DNA of 64,000 nucleotides from Eubacteriales bacterium. GTDB taxonomy: Bacteria; Bacillota; Clostridia; Christensenellales; CALWSW01. Position 1 is the first letter of the stretch. Each line of letters begins with the position of its first letter. A program made the position numbers and the translations under genes. Positions 34,808 through 44,918 of the stretch are shown here, one piece after another. The stretch covers positions 11,324-75,323 of the forward strand of contig JAVBLF010000016.1 in NCBI GenBank assembly GCA_031553675.1, read 5' to 3'. The notes under the pieces are model-generated. The model did not search any database. It had not been told where the DNA came from and worked only from the letters and a program-made list of their open reading frames with translations.

Positions 34808-35980
34808 ATGCCTGCAAAATCCGCCGGACCCAAACGCTGGCGATACTGGCCGCTGTTTTGGTTCGCGCTTGCCGTCATCGTCGCGTGCAAAGTGATCAAC
34901 GAGATCAATTTCGTCTGGATTTGGCTCAAGGCCCTCGGCCGCATCGTGGAGCCTTTTTTCGCGGGCTTCTTGATCGCCTACCTGCTCAATATTCCGGTGA
35001 GCGCCCTCGAAACGCGCCTGGCGACGTCGAATCGCACCGCCGTGCGAAAACACGCCAAAGCGATCAGCATAGCGGCAGTCTACCTGGGCGCGCTGCTCAT
35101 CTTGGCCGCGATCGTCGTGTTGCTCGTCCCTGCCATCGCGCAAACCGCGAGCCGCCTGTCCGTTGCGCTGCAAGAGGTCTTGCCCCAGATCGACGCCTTC
35201 ATGAAGGAAATCGCCGAAACGGGATTTTTGCCGCCGCAACTCGACTTTGAAAAGGGTCTCGGCACCGATGCGCTCAAGTCGATCGTCGACGCGATCGGCC
35301 TCGACCGCCTCACAGCCCCTCTCGGCATGCTGATGGCCGTGCCTTCGGCCCTCCTTTCGACGGCCCTCGCCGTCATCTCGTCGATTTACTTCCTCTCGGG
35401 AAAAGACAGTTACATTCGTTTCTGGTCGCGCTGCCTCGACGCTTTTGTGCCCGCGAAAGCGTCCGAAGCCATCCATCGGCACGCCGCCCATGCCAACACC
35501 TACTTTAAGAGCTTTTTCTATTGCCAGCTCCTCGACGCCTGCATCGTCGGCGTGCTGGCCACGATCATCTGCAAATTGGCCGGGTCGGAATACGGCCTCG
35601 TGCTTGGCCCACTGATCGGCTTGCTCAACGTCATCCCGTATTTCGGCGCGCTCGTCGGCGGCGTCATCGCGGTGGGTGTGACCGCTTTTACGAACGGCTG
35701 GCCGAACGCCATCGGAATCGCCATTGCGCTCGTCGTGCTCCAGCAAGTCGATGGCAACTTGATCCAGCCCCGCATTTTGGGCAGTCAGCTCGCGATGAGT
35801 CCGCTATTGATCATCGTCGGCATCACGATCGGCGGGGCGGTGTGGGGCGTGTTGGGCATGGTCGTCGCGATCCCGATCGCTGCCGTGCTCAAGGACATAC
35901 TCGTCGAGGCCATGCAAAACCGCGAAACGCGCAGCCATAAAGGAGGAGCCGATGGAACAGAAATCAACAGCGAAACTTGA
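34808..35980 (+). CDS. AI-2E family transporter (PerM/YhhT-like permease)
   Basis: Multi-TM protein with the characteristic C-terminal segment VLQQVDGNLIQPRILGSQLAMSPLLIIVGI...AIPIAAVLK. The ATG at 34808 follows GGGGAGG. Confidence 0.8.
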   Translation: MPAKSAGPKRWRYWPLFWFALAVIVACKVINEINFVWIWLKALGRIVEPFFAGFLIAYLLNIPVSALETRLATSNRTAVRKHAKAISIAAVYLGALLILAAIVVLLVPAIAQTASRLSVALQEVLPQIDAFMKEIAETGFLPPQLDFEKGLGTDALKSIVDAIGLDRLTAPLGMLMAVPSALLSTALAVISSIYFLSGKDSYIRFWSRCLDAFVPAKASEAIHRHAAHANTYFKSFFYCQLLDACIVGVLATIICKLAGSEYGLVLGPLIGLLNVIPYFGALVGGVIAVGVTAFTNGWPNAIGIAIALVVLQQVDGNLIQPRILGSQLAMSPLLIIVGITIGGAVWGVLGMVVAIPIAAVLKDILVEAMQNRETRSHKGGADGTEINSET

Positions 35981-36698
35981 AGCGGAATCGGCACATACCC
36001 GTAAGCGAAAACGTAGCCGCACGATCATACTCTCATGCCGGACGATCGGGATTATGACTTTCGCCTTTTCGATCGTCTGGGGCATCGTCGATCGTGAAAA
36101 CGCGGGGCAATCCTTCATGAACGCTTTTACAGCGTTCCTCTTCGTGGTGCTCTCCTTTCTTCCTAACCTGCTGAATGCGGAATTCAAGCTCCACATCCCC
36201 GCGACGCTCCAGGCCGTCATCGTTCTCTTTATTTTTGCCGCCGAAATTCTCGGCGAAATCCACAACTTCTACGATCTCTTTTTTTGGTGGGACGTCATGC
36301 TCCACACCTTTTCGGGCTTCATCATCGGCTACATCGGCTTTTTGATCATCTACACCCTCAACCGGAATCCCAATGTGCAGATCCAAATGAGTCTCTTCGG
36401 CGTGTGTGCGTTTGCGTTTTGCTTTGCGCTGGCGTGCGGCGCGTTCTGGGAAATCTTCGAATGGAGCGGCGACATGCTCCTCGGCATGAACATGCAAAAG
36501 GGCGTCTACGTCAAGGATGTGTCCGAACTCGCCCCCTACATCAACCGATGGGGACGCTTCATGGATCCCGGCCTCGTCGATACGATGGAAGACATCATCG
36601 TCGATGCGGTCGGCGCGCTCACTGCCGCGATCTTCGGATACTTTACGATTCGAAAGAGTCGCAGCGAGAACCTGCCCCTTCCCGACACCTTCGACTGA
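35952..36698 (+). CDS. Integral membrane protein of unknown function (YjdF/DUF2238-like suspected)
   Basis: Strong RBS AAGGAGG. It overlaps the upstream gene by 29 nt. It has 5-6 predicted TM helices and WWDVMLHTFSGF / FWEIFEWSGD segments. Confidence 0.55.
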   Translation: MEQKSTAKLEAESAHTRKRKRSRTIILSCRTIGIMTFAFSIVWGIVDRENAGQSFMNAFTAFLFVVLSFLPNLLNAEFKLHIPATLQAVIVLFIFAAEILGEIHNFYDLFFWWDVMLHTFSGFIIGYIGFLIIYTLNRNPNVQIQMSLFGVCAFAFCFALACGAFWEIFEWSGDMLLGMNMQKGVYVKDVSELAPYINRWGRFMDPGLVDTMEDIIVDAVGALTAAIFGYFTIRKSRSENLPLPDTFD

Positions 36699-37024
36699 TC
36701 GCTGCAAATCGACGATTTGCATGGCGCGACCCGCCGCGAAACCGGATTCACAAACCGAAAATCCAGTTTCTTACTGCAAAAGTGAAATATCGCATTTTTT
36801 CCATAGCCCCCAGAATGACACAGAGGCGTTGAAAACCACTGAACGCGGCGTTTTCGCACAAGGGCTCCACTCGCAAACGCGACAAGCTTTTGCAAGGGCC
36901 CTTGGAATTTGGTCTCGTTTGTTGTATGATAAAGTGAGGTCACTGTGACAGTGTGAAATATTTATTGCTATATTGGCATAGTTCATTCAAAGGGTGAAAT
37001 CTGCGTCCCACTTGTGAGGTAAAC

Positions 37025-38203
37025 ATGGCGCTGGAAGCGATCTTGGATATCGGAAGCTCGAAAGTGGTTTGCCTCATCGCCGGCCACGGCCAGGAAAACC
37101 GCCTGGAAGTCCATGGCATGGGCTACAGCGAGTACAAGGGTCTTCGTCGCGGCGCCTTTTTGGATCCGCGTTCTTTGCGTGAGGCGATCATGACCACGCT
37201 CGATCAGGCCCAAACCGAGGCGCGGCGCGGCATCCGGCAGATCTCGATCGGCGTCCCGGGGCCCTATGTCATGACGCAGTGCCGCAAAGCCGAGATCTTT
37301 TTCGAAGCGCCCCAGGAAGTCACCGGCGAGGACGTGGACGCGCTGATCGCCTACTCGCTCGAAAATGACGACTTTCCCGGTTACACCCGCCTGCATAGCG
37401 TACCGGTCAGCTTTAAACTCGACGGCGTCAGTTCGGCTTACCTCCCGAACAACGCCAAAGCCCGCGTGCTCGAGGGCCTTTTCGCCCACTCTTTTCTACG
37501 AGAGGAATTTAAAGAGATCCTTGCGGGAATACTGGAAGAGGCGGAGATCGACATCGATTGCTTTGTCGACAGCTTTTTCGCCGAGAGCCTCCTGATCGTC
37601 CCCGCCGCCCGCAAACGCGACGACAGCATCGTCGTCGATATGGGTTACTACCACACGGACGTCGGCATCCTCCGAAACAGCGCCCTGATCTACCACAAAA
37701 CACTCCCCGTCGGCGGCGCCCACTTCGCCAGCGACATCAGCCAGGTCATCGGCGTGTCGTTGGACGACGCCGAGGCGATCAAACGCCGCCATGTGTTCGG
37801 CCTCGATTACACCCACCGCAGCGACAATTACCGCATGGAGGCCGGCGGCAGCGAGTCCTACGACTACGAGATCATCCAGAACATACTCGAAGCACGCGCT
37901 GACGAGATCATCGACTTGATCATCGCCGAGCTCCAGCAAGCCCCGGTCGATATCTCGGACGACACGCCTCTCATCCTCTGTGGCGGCGGAATCGCCATGA
38001 TGCGCGGCGGACGCGAATTCGTCCAGAGCAAGCTCGGCCTCACCGTCTCGACCGAAATGCCGCCCATGCCGCGGCGCAACAGTGCCAACACAACGAGTGC
38101 ATACGGTGTGATGGTCTACCAGCTCGATCGCAACCTGCCCGCGCGAGGGGACTGGAAAGACAGCCCCTTCATGCAGTCGGTGCTTCGCTTTTTTACCAAA
38201 TAA
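37025..38203 (+). CDS. ftsA: Cell division protein FtsA
   Basis: Actin-like ATPase motifs ([34 protein letters not shown]). It lies directly upstream of ftsZ. Confidence 0.85.
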   Translation: MALEAILDIGSSKVVCLIAGHGQENRLEVHGMGYSEYKGLRRGAFLDPRSLREAIMTTLDQAQTEARRGIRQISIGVPGPYVMTQCRKAEIFFEAPQEVTGEDVDALIAYSLENDDFPGYTRLHSVPVSFKLDGVSSAYLPNNAKARVLEGLFAHSFLREEFKEILAGILEEAEIDIDCFVDSFFAESLLIVPAARKRDDSIVVDMGYYHTDVGILRNSALIYHKTLPVGGAHFASDISQVIGVSLDDAEAIKRRHVFGLDYTHRSDNYRMEAGGSESYDYEIIQNILEARADEIIDLIIAELQQAPVDISDDTPLILCGGGIAMMRGGREFVQSKLGLTVSTEMPPMPRRNSANTTSAYGVMVYQLDRNLPARGDWKDSPFMQSVLRFFTK

Positions 38204-38274
38204 CGCTACATGGGACAAGCCGGGCGCCCACCCGGACAGTCGTTCACTTCAGAAAAATAGGGGGATTTCTTCAA

Positions 38275-39435
38275 ATGTTGGAATTTGAACTTTCGGTCGG
38301 CGAATTCGCACAGATCAAGGTCGTGGGGGTCGGTGGCGCGGGCAACAACGCCGTCAACCGAATGATCCAGTACGGTCTGGGCGGCGTGGAATTTCTTTCC
38401 GTCAACACCGACAAACAAGCGCTCTACCTGTCACGCGCCAACCAAAAGATTCAAATCGGCGAAAAAGTGACGAAGGGACTCGGCGCGGGTGCCGTCCCCG
38501 ACATCGGCATGAAGGCCGCCGAAGAAAGCCGCGACGAGATCGCCAGCGCCCTGCGCGGATCCGACCTCGTTTTCATCACGGCCGGCATGGGCGGCGGCAC
38601 CGGCACTGGCGCCGCACCCGTCATCGCCGAGATCGCCATGGACATGGAAATCCTCACGATCGCCGTCGTCACAAAGCCCTTTAACTTCGAGGGCCGAACC
38701 CGCATGAAGAACGCCGAGCACGGACTCGACCAGCTGCACGAGCGCGTCGATACGCTCGTCGTCATCCCCAACGAACGGCTGATCTCGATCGTCGGGCGTG
38801 CCGCTCTCGTCGATGCGTTCAAAGTCGCCGACGACGTGCTCCGCCAAGGCGTCCAGGGCATTTCCGACCTGATCTCCAAACCCAGCCTGATCAACCTCGA
38901 CTTTGCCGACCTCAGCACGATCATGCGCAAGTCCGGTCTGGCCCACATGGGCATCGGTTATGCCGACGGCGACAAGCGCGTGCTCGAAGCGGCCCGCCAA
39001 GCCATCGAAAGCCCCCTGCTCGAAACTTCGATCGACGGCGCGCGCGGCGTTTTGATCAACGTCACCGGTGGACCCGATGTCGGCCTGACCGAGATCACCG
39101 AAGCCGGCGAGCTCATCCAGGAAGCCGCCGACCCCGAAGCCAACATCATTTTCGGCGCCGACATCAACGACGAAATGGCCGATGGTGTTCGCGTCACCGT
39201 CATCGCGACCGGCTTTGACACCATCAAAGACGAAAAGGCCAGCGCCGCCGACAAAGCGCCCAAAGGCGGCGGCTTGACCATGGGCAACAAGCCGAACAAC
39301 CCCACCCAAAGCACCCCGTCCAACCGCTTTGGCCGCGGCGTGCAGCAGGTTTCTCCGCGCGGCGTCCGCGACGGCAACGACGAGATCGACGTCCCCACCT
39401 TCCTGCGCGGCAGCTTGCGGAAGGACAACGATTAA
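38275..39435 (+). CDS. ftsZ: Cell division GTPase FtsZ
   Basis: [17 protein letters not shown] and the tubulin signature [13 protein letters not shown]. Confidence 0.97.
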   Translation: MLEFELSVGEFAQIKVVGVGGAGNNAVNRMIQYGLGGVEFLSVNTDKQALYLSRANQKIQIGEKVTKGLGAGAVPDIGMKAAEESRDEIASALRGSDLVFITAGMGGGTGTGAAPVIAEIAMDMEILTIAVVTKPFNFEGRTRMKNAEHGLDQLHERVDTLVVIPNERLISIVGRAALVDAFKVADDVLRQGVQGISDLISKPSLINLDFADLSTIMRKSGLAHMGIGYADGDKRVLEAARQAIESPLLETSIDGARGVLINVTGGPDVGLTEITEAGELIQEAADPEANIIFGADINDEMADGVRVTVIATGFDTIKDEKASAADKAPKGGGLTMGNKPNNPTQSTPSNRFGRGVQQVSPRGVRDGNDEIDVPTFLRGSLRKDND

Positions 39436-39467
39436 GCGGCAAGACTGACCGCTTGGTACACAGCCAA

Positions 39468-39505
39468 ACAAAACCCCTCGCGAGCGATCGCAAGGGGTTT
39501 TTTGT
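39468..39505. terminator. Bidirectional intrinsic terminator between ftsZ and the convergent gene
   Basis: aaacccctcgcg-agcgat-cgcaaggggttttttg. Confidence 0.75.
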
Positions 39506-39530
39506 GTGCGGTAGTGTGTTCCGGTCGGGA

Positions 39531-40718
39531 TTACTTTTTCCAACTGCCTTCGATGTCGCTCCAATGCGCGTCCGCATGCCGAAGCAGTGTCTCCGCCTCC
39601 CGCATGGACATTTCGGGAAAGTGGAGGAAAAGGCTGTGAGAACCGTAGCGCTCGACGATGCGATCGACGTTGCGAATCCAGTCTTCGAGGCCGCCGCTGT
39701 ACACCTTGACCCAGAGCGACTTTCCGGCGGCGCGCGCCTTGTCGTAGATGACGTACCAGTCCTCCAAGGTGCCGTCTGGACCGAAATCGCCGCTCGTAAA
39801 CTGGAGCGCGTCGATCTCCTCGATCTCCATCAGGGCGTCCATGTGGCGAATGCAGTCCGCGCCGTCGAGGTGGTAGAGCACCGTGTCGAGCTTTTGCGCC
39901 TGCTTCCGCAGCGATCCCTGCACGAAATCCCGAAAGCTCTGTGGCGAGAGCATCGCGGAGAAGTCGCACTGCAATTTGGCGATGCGGCCCGGCCCCCAGA
40001 TCTGGAAGACGGTGTAGCAGGAGCCGCCGTCCGACTCGTTTTTGATCTGCTCGAAGAAGCGGTCGTAGTATGCAAAATAGAGGTCATCGACCTGGGCAAT
40101 GCGGCGTTTGATCCCATCTTCGTCGTCGACGAGGTCATAGATGATCTCCTGTGAGCCGCGCAACGAGGCCAATACATCGAGGTTCTCCATGATGTCGGGC
40201 ATGCCGATGTAGAAGTCTTCGCCCGCCAGCGATCGAATGCCCGAAACCGTTTGCAGATGCCGTTTCCACCATGCGTTTTCCGGATCGTAGGCTAACGCGG
40301 GATGGGTGTCCCAGTCCTCGACGCAGTGCTCGAACCAGACAGTATCGTCCCGAAAACGGATCTCCGATCCCAGATAGCCCGCCATCGAGCCGGGGCCAAA
40401 GTCGGCGTTGATGTTCGGAAAGCTCTCGGCGAGAAAGCTGTGATTGCCGCAAAAATGCCGGTAACGCGCCACCATTTTCTCCGGATCCTGGTACTTTTCA
40501 AACATATCCGCGTACATCAATTCGTCCGGCAGCAGGTAGTCGATGCCTTGACAAAAGTGCTCGCAGCCCTTTTTGCCATCGGCCTTCGCGCGCTGCCAGG
40601 CGTCTTCCGTGTCGGCGTTTCGCGCGATCACGCACATCAGCGGCCGGCCGGAATTGTTGTGCTTCCAGTAATTCGTCAATTTCTGTCGGGCGGCTTGCCA
40701 ATCGTTCTTGTATTTCAT
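39531..40718 (-). CDS. Hypothetical cytoplasmic protein encoded at the end of the GH31 / sugar ABC locus (uroporphyrinogen-decarboxylase-like fold suspected, unverified)
   Basis: 395-aa ORF with normal codon usage. It lies 19 nt downstream of the GH31 gene. I found no motif I can assign confidently. Confidence 0.5.
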   Translation of the reverse strand: MKYKNDWQAARQKLTNYWKHNNSGRPLMCVIARNADTEDAWQRAKADGKKGCEHFCQGIDYLLPDELMYADMFEKYQDPEKMVARYRHFCGNHSFLAESFPNINADFGPGSMAGYLGSEIRFRDDTVWFEHCVEDWDTHPALAYDPENAWWKRHLQTVSGIRSLAGEDFYIGMPDIMENLDVLASLRGSQEIIYDLVDDEDGIKRRIAQVDDLYFAYYDRFFEQIKNESDGGSCYTVFQIWGPGRIAKLQCDFSAMLSPQSFRDFVQGSLRKQAQKLDTVLYHLDGADCIRHMDALMEIEEIDALQFTSGDFGPDGTLEDWYVIYDKARAAGKSLWVKVYSGGLEDWIRNVDRIVERYGSHSLFLHFPEMSMREAETLLRHADAHWSDIEGSWKK

Positions 40719-40737
40719 CTGTCTTTTCCTTTCTCGA

Positions 40738-43089
40738 TCAGGCGAAGCGAAGATCGCATCGCGTGCCGTCGAAATGGCACAGCTGCGTCGCGCCGTCGCA
40801 TGAGACGCGCAGTTCCATGGGATCTTTTCGCCACTTCGAGATTTCTTCGATCGTCAGGGTGCGCGCGCCGTCGTCCCAAGTCAGCTTGAGTGTTTCGAAA
40901 TCGCCGTCTTCATACGCGTAACTCACCCCGTCGTCGTCGTAGAACAGGAAGGTCGCGTCTGCGCCGGGGTAGATCGCGATGTCGAACGCATCGCGGTTTT
41001 CCAGGGCGTGTGACACCGGCCGCTGCAAGGGGAGGATGCTCCCAGCCCTGACGAAGACGGGAATCGTCGCAATGTCGGCTTTGGCGCGCAGCCACTGCCC
41101 GCCGCGATGGAGGGCGCCTGTCGCAAAGTCGTACCAATCCGCACCGGCGGGAAGGTAGCAGGCACGTTCCTTGGGGGCGTCGATCGCCGCGCCGTTCTTG
41201 TCGTAGTACATCGCTTCCACGACGGGACAGACGAGCATCGAATCGCCCAGCAGGAATTGATCCGCGATCGCCCTCGTTTGGCGATCGTCCGGAAAGGCAG
41301 CCCAAAGGCTCTGGATCATGCTGTCGTCGTCGTGTGCGGCGCGGGCCGCGAGGGAGTAGATGTAGGGGAGCATGCGGTAACGTTGCCGGATGGCGCTTTC
41401 GATGGCGTCAAAACAAGCGTCACCGCGATCGCCAAAGTGCCAGATTTCGCGCGGGGTATCGGTGCCGTGCGATCGGAAAAGCGGCAGGTAAGCGCCGAAT
41501 TGCAGCCAGCGCGTGTAAAGTTCGCGGTAGCCTGGGTGGGCGACGCCGTCGTCGTAATCGCCGTTCCAAAACCAGACGGGATTGGCGTCTGGGTTGCCGC
41601 ACCATTTCCTCCAGCAGGCGGTGCCGCCAGTGAAAAACGCGCCAATGTCCACCGTCCAGAAGGGAATCCCGCACATGGACATGTTGAGCGCCTTGGCGAT
41701 TTCGCCGCGCAACTCGCTCCAGGTCGCGGACGTGTCGCCCGCCCAGAGTACCGTGCCGTACTGCTGGATGCCCGGGTAGCCCGAACGCGTGAGGTTGAGT
41801 ACGCGCTTCGAAGCGCCCGTCTTGCGCTGGTTTTCGTAGATGCCTTGGGCGTGTGCGAGGGCGTACGCGTTGGTGCGCGCGGGATCGAGGTACTTCTTGT
41901 GTTCGCCGCCGACGATCTCGTAGCGGGTGTTTTCGGGCAAAAGCACAGGGCCGCACCAATCGGGCGACGTAAAGGGCTCTGTCGAGTCGCACCACCAGGA
42001 ATCGTAGCCGCCCGCAAAGAGCTCTGCGTTCGCCTGCTTCCAGTAGATCGCGCGAGCGCGTTCGTCGAAAGCGTCGTAGGTCGAGTAATCGTTGAGCATG
42101 CAGCCGGCACGCGCGAGTTCCTCGTGATCTGGACAGCCTTCGGCCATGTTGGGCCAGATCGACACCATGCTGTGAATATGCAGCTCGTGGAGCGCAGCAT
42201 TCATGGAGGTGAGGTCGGGGAAACGCGCCTTGTCGACGGTTTTTTGCCCCCACTGTGCGCCCTCCCAGGTCTTCCAGTCCTGGACGACGCAATCGATCGG
42301 GATGCCCAGTTCCCGGTAGCGGCGGGCGACGGCAAGCATTTCGTCTTGGGTGTCGTAGCGCTCCTTGGATTGGATGTAGCCGAACGCCCATTTCGGGATC
42401 AAAGCCGCCTTGCCTGTCAAGGCGCGGAAGCCCGCGACGATCGCGCGCGGATCGCCTTCGATGAGGTAGAGGTCGATCTGATCGACCGTGTCGAGTGTCA
42501 CGACGCAGGGCTTTTTCGTGTCGTCGAATGCCATGAGCGACGCGCAGTCGATGAGCAAGCCATAGCCCTGATCGGACACGAGACAGGGCATGGGAATGCG
42601 CATGTTGTGTTGGTAAAGGTAGACGAGCTCGCCGCGGTGGTTGAAGGAACCCTTTTCGTCCTGCCCGAGTCCGAAGATGCACTCCTCGTCGCGAAACGCC
42701 AGTTCCAGCTTGCCTCGGTAGGCGCGCCGATCGACGGTGGGAAGAAGGTTCTTGATGGCAGTGCGCTCGCCGTCGACGGTCTTCAGCACTTCGATTTCGG
42801 GTTTCTCTCCATCGACGACGTAGCGGACGACATCGATGGCTTCGAGGGCGCAGGCGGCGACGTCGAGGAGGGCGCGATCGCCGTGCATGACGACGAAACC
42901 CGCGCCGCGCGCTTCCACGCGGAAAACGCCCAGATCGTCCGTTTCGCTGGACAGAGCCTCGCGCTTGACGAGGATCGGTTCCGCCGCCGCGTTTTGTGCG
43001 GGCCAGACGCGGGCATGCAGGATATTGTCGCGGACGCGCGTGAACGCGTATTGCAGTCCGCCATACGACCATTTTGTCGCATTTTCCAT
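40738..43089 (-). CDS. Glycoside hydrolase family 31 (alpha-glucosidase / alpha-xylosidase type)
   Basis: WWCDSTEPF (nucleophile region) and IPFWTVDIGAFF (acid/base region) are present. About 783 aa from the MENATKW start at 43089, preceded by GGAGG. Confidence 0.8.
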   Translation of the reverse strand: MENATKWSYGGLQYAFTRVRDNILHARVWPAQNAAAEPILVKREALSSETDDLGVFRVEARGAGFVVMHGDRALLDVAACALEAIDVVRYVVDGEKPEIEVLKTVDGERTAIKNLLPTVDRRAYRGKLELAFRDEECIFGLGQDEKGSFNHRGELVYLYQHNMRIPMPCLVSDQGYGLLIDCASLMAFDDTKKPCVVTLDTVDQIDLYLIEGDPRAIVAGFRALTGKAALIPKWAFGYIQSKERYDTQDEMLAVARRYRELGIPIDCVVQDWKTWEGAQWGQKTVDKARFPDLTSMNAALHELHIHSMVSIWPNMAEGCPDHEELARAGCMLNDYSTYDAFDERARAIYWKQANAELFAGGYDSWWCDSTEPFTSPDWCGPVLLPENTRYEIVGGEHKKYLDPARTNAYALAHAQGIYENQRKTGASKRVLNLTRSGYPGIQQYGTVLWAGDTSATWSELRGEIAKALNMSMCGIPFWTVDIGAFFTGGTACWRKWCGNPDANPVWFWNGDYDDGVAHPGYRELYTRWLQFGAYLPLFRSHGTDTPREIWHFGDRGDACFDAIESAIRQRYRMLPYIYSLAARAAHDDDSMIQSLWAAFPDDRQTRAIADQFLLGDSMLVCPVVEAMYYDKNGAAIDAPKERACYLPAGADWYDFATGALHRGGQWLRAKADIATIPVFVRAGSILPLQRPVSHALENRDAFDIAIYPGADATFLFYDDDGVSYAYEDGDFETLKLTWDDGARTLTIEEISKWRKDPMELRVSCDGATQLCHFDGTRCDLRFA

Positions 43090-43118
43090 TTGCGATTCAG
43101 CCTCCATCGATTGTTTGC

Positions 43119-43943
43119 TCAACCCTTGACCGCGCCAGCCGTCTGTCCGCCGACGATGTGCTTCTGACAGACGAGGTACATCACGATCACGGGCAGGCTG
43201 GTCAGCAGCACGTCGGCGCAAATGAGGTTCCATTGTTTGCTGAACTGCCCGAAGAAGTTGTAGACCGCCAGTGTCATCGGCCACTTCGTCGTCGAGTTCA
43301 GGAAGTAGAGGGGCATGATGAATTCGTTCCACATGTTCAAAAAGCAAAGCACGCTGGCCGTCACGAGTACCGGCTTCATCAGCGGCAGGATGATCGAAAA
43401 GAAGAGGCGGATTGGCCCGCATCCGTCGATGACGGCAGCCTCGTCGAGTTCAAGTGGCAGCCGAGACACAAAGCCGTAAATCAGAAAGACCATGAAGGGC
43501 ATCTGCACGGCAGTGTAGAGGAAGATGATGCCGTAGCGCGTGTCGTTGAGATGGAGCATCTGCATGACCTTCATCAGCGACACGTAGTTGATCGGCATCA
43601 CGATGCCCAGAACGAGGAAAAGGTAAAGCGCTTTGCTTCCCTTGCTTTTGCGGCGGGAAAACATGTATGCGGCCATCGAAGCGAAGAGCACCGTCACGAT
43701 TGTGCCTAGGCCGGAATAGAGCAGACTGTTGAGAAAGCCCGTCACGAGCTTGCCCTTTTCGATGACGGTCTGAAAATTCGAGAAGTCCCACTGCTGGGGC
43801 AGCGCAAACGACAAGGCGCGGGCGTCGGCACCGCTTTTCAGGGACGTGACGACGATCAGCGCGAGGGGAATGAGCATGACGAGCGTCAAAATCCATGCGA
43901 CGGAATTTTTGAATACGCCCATGGCGGTGATTTTCGTTTTCAT
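43119..43943 (-). CDS. Carbohydrate ABC transporter permease (MalG/CUT1 type)
   Basis: EAA-loop region LDEAAVIDGCGPIRLFFSIILPLMKP. The start at 43943 overlaps the upstream stop. Confidence 0.85.
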   Translation of the reverse strand: MKTKITAMGVFKNSVAWILTLVMLIPLALIVVTSLKSGADARALSFALPQQWDFSNFQTVIEKGKLVTGFLNSLLYSGLGTIVTVLFASMAAYMFSRRKSKGSKALYLFLVLGIVMPINYVSLMKVMQMLHLNDTRYGIIFLYTAVQMPFMVFLIYGFVSRLPLELDEAAVIDGCGPIRLFFSIILPLMKPVLVTASVLCFLNMWNEFIMPLYFLNSTTKWPMTLAVYNFFGQFSKQWNLICADVLLTSLPVIVMYLVCQKHIVGGQTAGAVKG

Positions 43944-44815
43944 TCCTGCACCTCTTCCTTCGTCAAGATTCGAATCATAAAGACACCGAGCACGCACATC
44001 AGCGCGAACATCACCGAGCTGAGCGCCGTTCCGACGCCGAAGCGTCCCAAGGAAAACTCTTTGAACACCGCCGTGTACATGACTTCGGTCGCGCGGCCCG
44101 GCCCGCCGTTCGTCAGCGCGAACACGATGTCGAAGACCTTGAGGCCGTAGAGCACGTTCAGCACGATGGTGACGGCGAGGGTCGGCCGCAGAAGCGGCAG
44201 TGTGATGAAGCGGAATTGGTGCCAGGCGTTGGCGCCGTCGATCGAGGCCGCTTCGTAGTAGGTCGGCGAGATCGAGAGGATGCCGACGATCAGGATCGTC
44301 ATGATGTAGCCCATGCCGCGCCAGATATCGACGCCGATGACCGACCACATCGCGATCCCGGGATCGGTCAGCCACTTTTTCGCCAGGGCATCGAGGCCGA
44401 TGGCGCGCAGTGTTTCGTTCAGAAAGCCCTTGCTGGGGTTGAGGATCGATGTGAACACCAGGCTGACGATCAGGACCGAGAGCACCGATGGCATATACAT
44501 GATCGAGCGGTGGAAGTTGAGTGCGCGGACACCTTTGCTGAGCAGCAGTGCCAGTGCCAGCGCCAGGCCCGTCTTACCGATCGTCGTTACGGCAGTAAAC
44601 CATAGTGTGTTGCCGACGTATTTGAGGTATTCGCGATCGGGCGAAAAGATCTCTTTGAAGTTATCGAAGCCGATGAAATGCAATGCCTCGCTGTAGGACG
44701 ACCAATCGGTAAACGCGTAACCGATGCCGATGATCGACGGCAAGACGAAAAGCACACAGTAGAACAGGAGGGCCCCCGCGGCCAGATACCAGGGGTAGAT
44801 CTTTCTCTTGTCCAT
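43940..44815 (-). CDS. Carbohydrate ABC transporter permease (MalF/CUT1 type)
   Basis: EAA-loop region YYEAASIDGANAWHQFRFITLPLLRP. The start MDKRKIYPWY is at 44815. Confidence 0.85.
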   Translation of the reverse strand: MDKRKIYPWYLAAGALLFYCVLFVLPSIIGIGYAFTDWSSYSEALHFIGFDNFKEIFSPDREYLKYVGNTLWFTAVTTIGKTGLALALALLLSKGVRALNFHRSIMYMPSVLSVLIVSLVFTSILNPSKGFLNETLRAIGLDALAKKWLTDPGIAMWSVIGVDIWRGMGYIMTILIVGILSISPTYYEAASIDGANAWHQFRFITLPLLRPTLAVTIVLNVLYGLKVFDIVFALTNGGPGRATEVMYTAVFKEFSLGRFGVGTALSSVMFALMCVLGVFMIRILTKEEVQE

Positions 44816-44918
44816 GACAATTCTCCAATCGCTACGTACTCGACGAGGGAAAAAGGGCCGGCGCGTCGTCAGATCCGCGCCGGCCAACATGGGTGCGTAT
44901 TGCGACCGGCCCGTCGTC

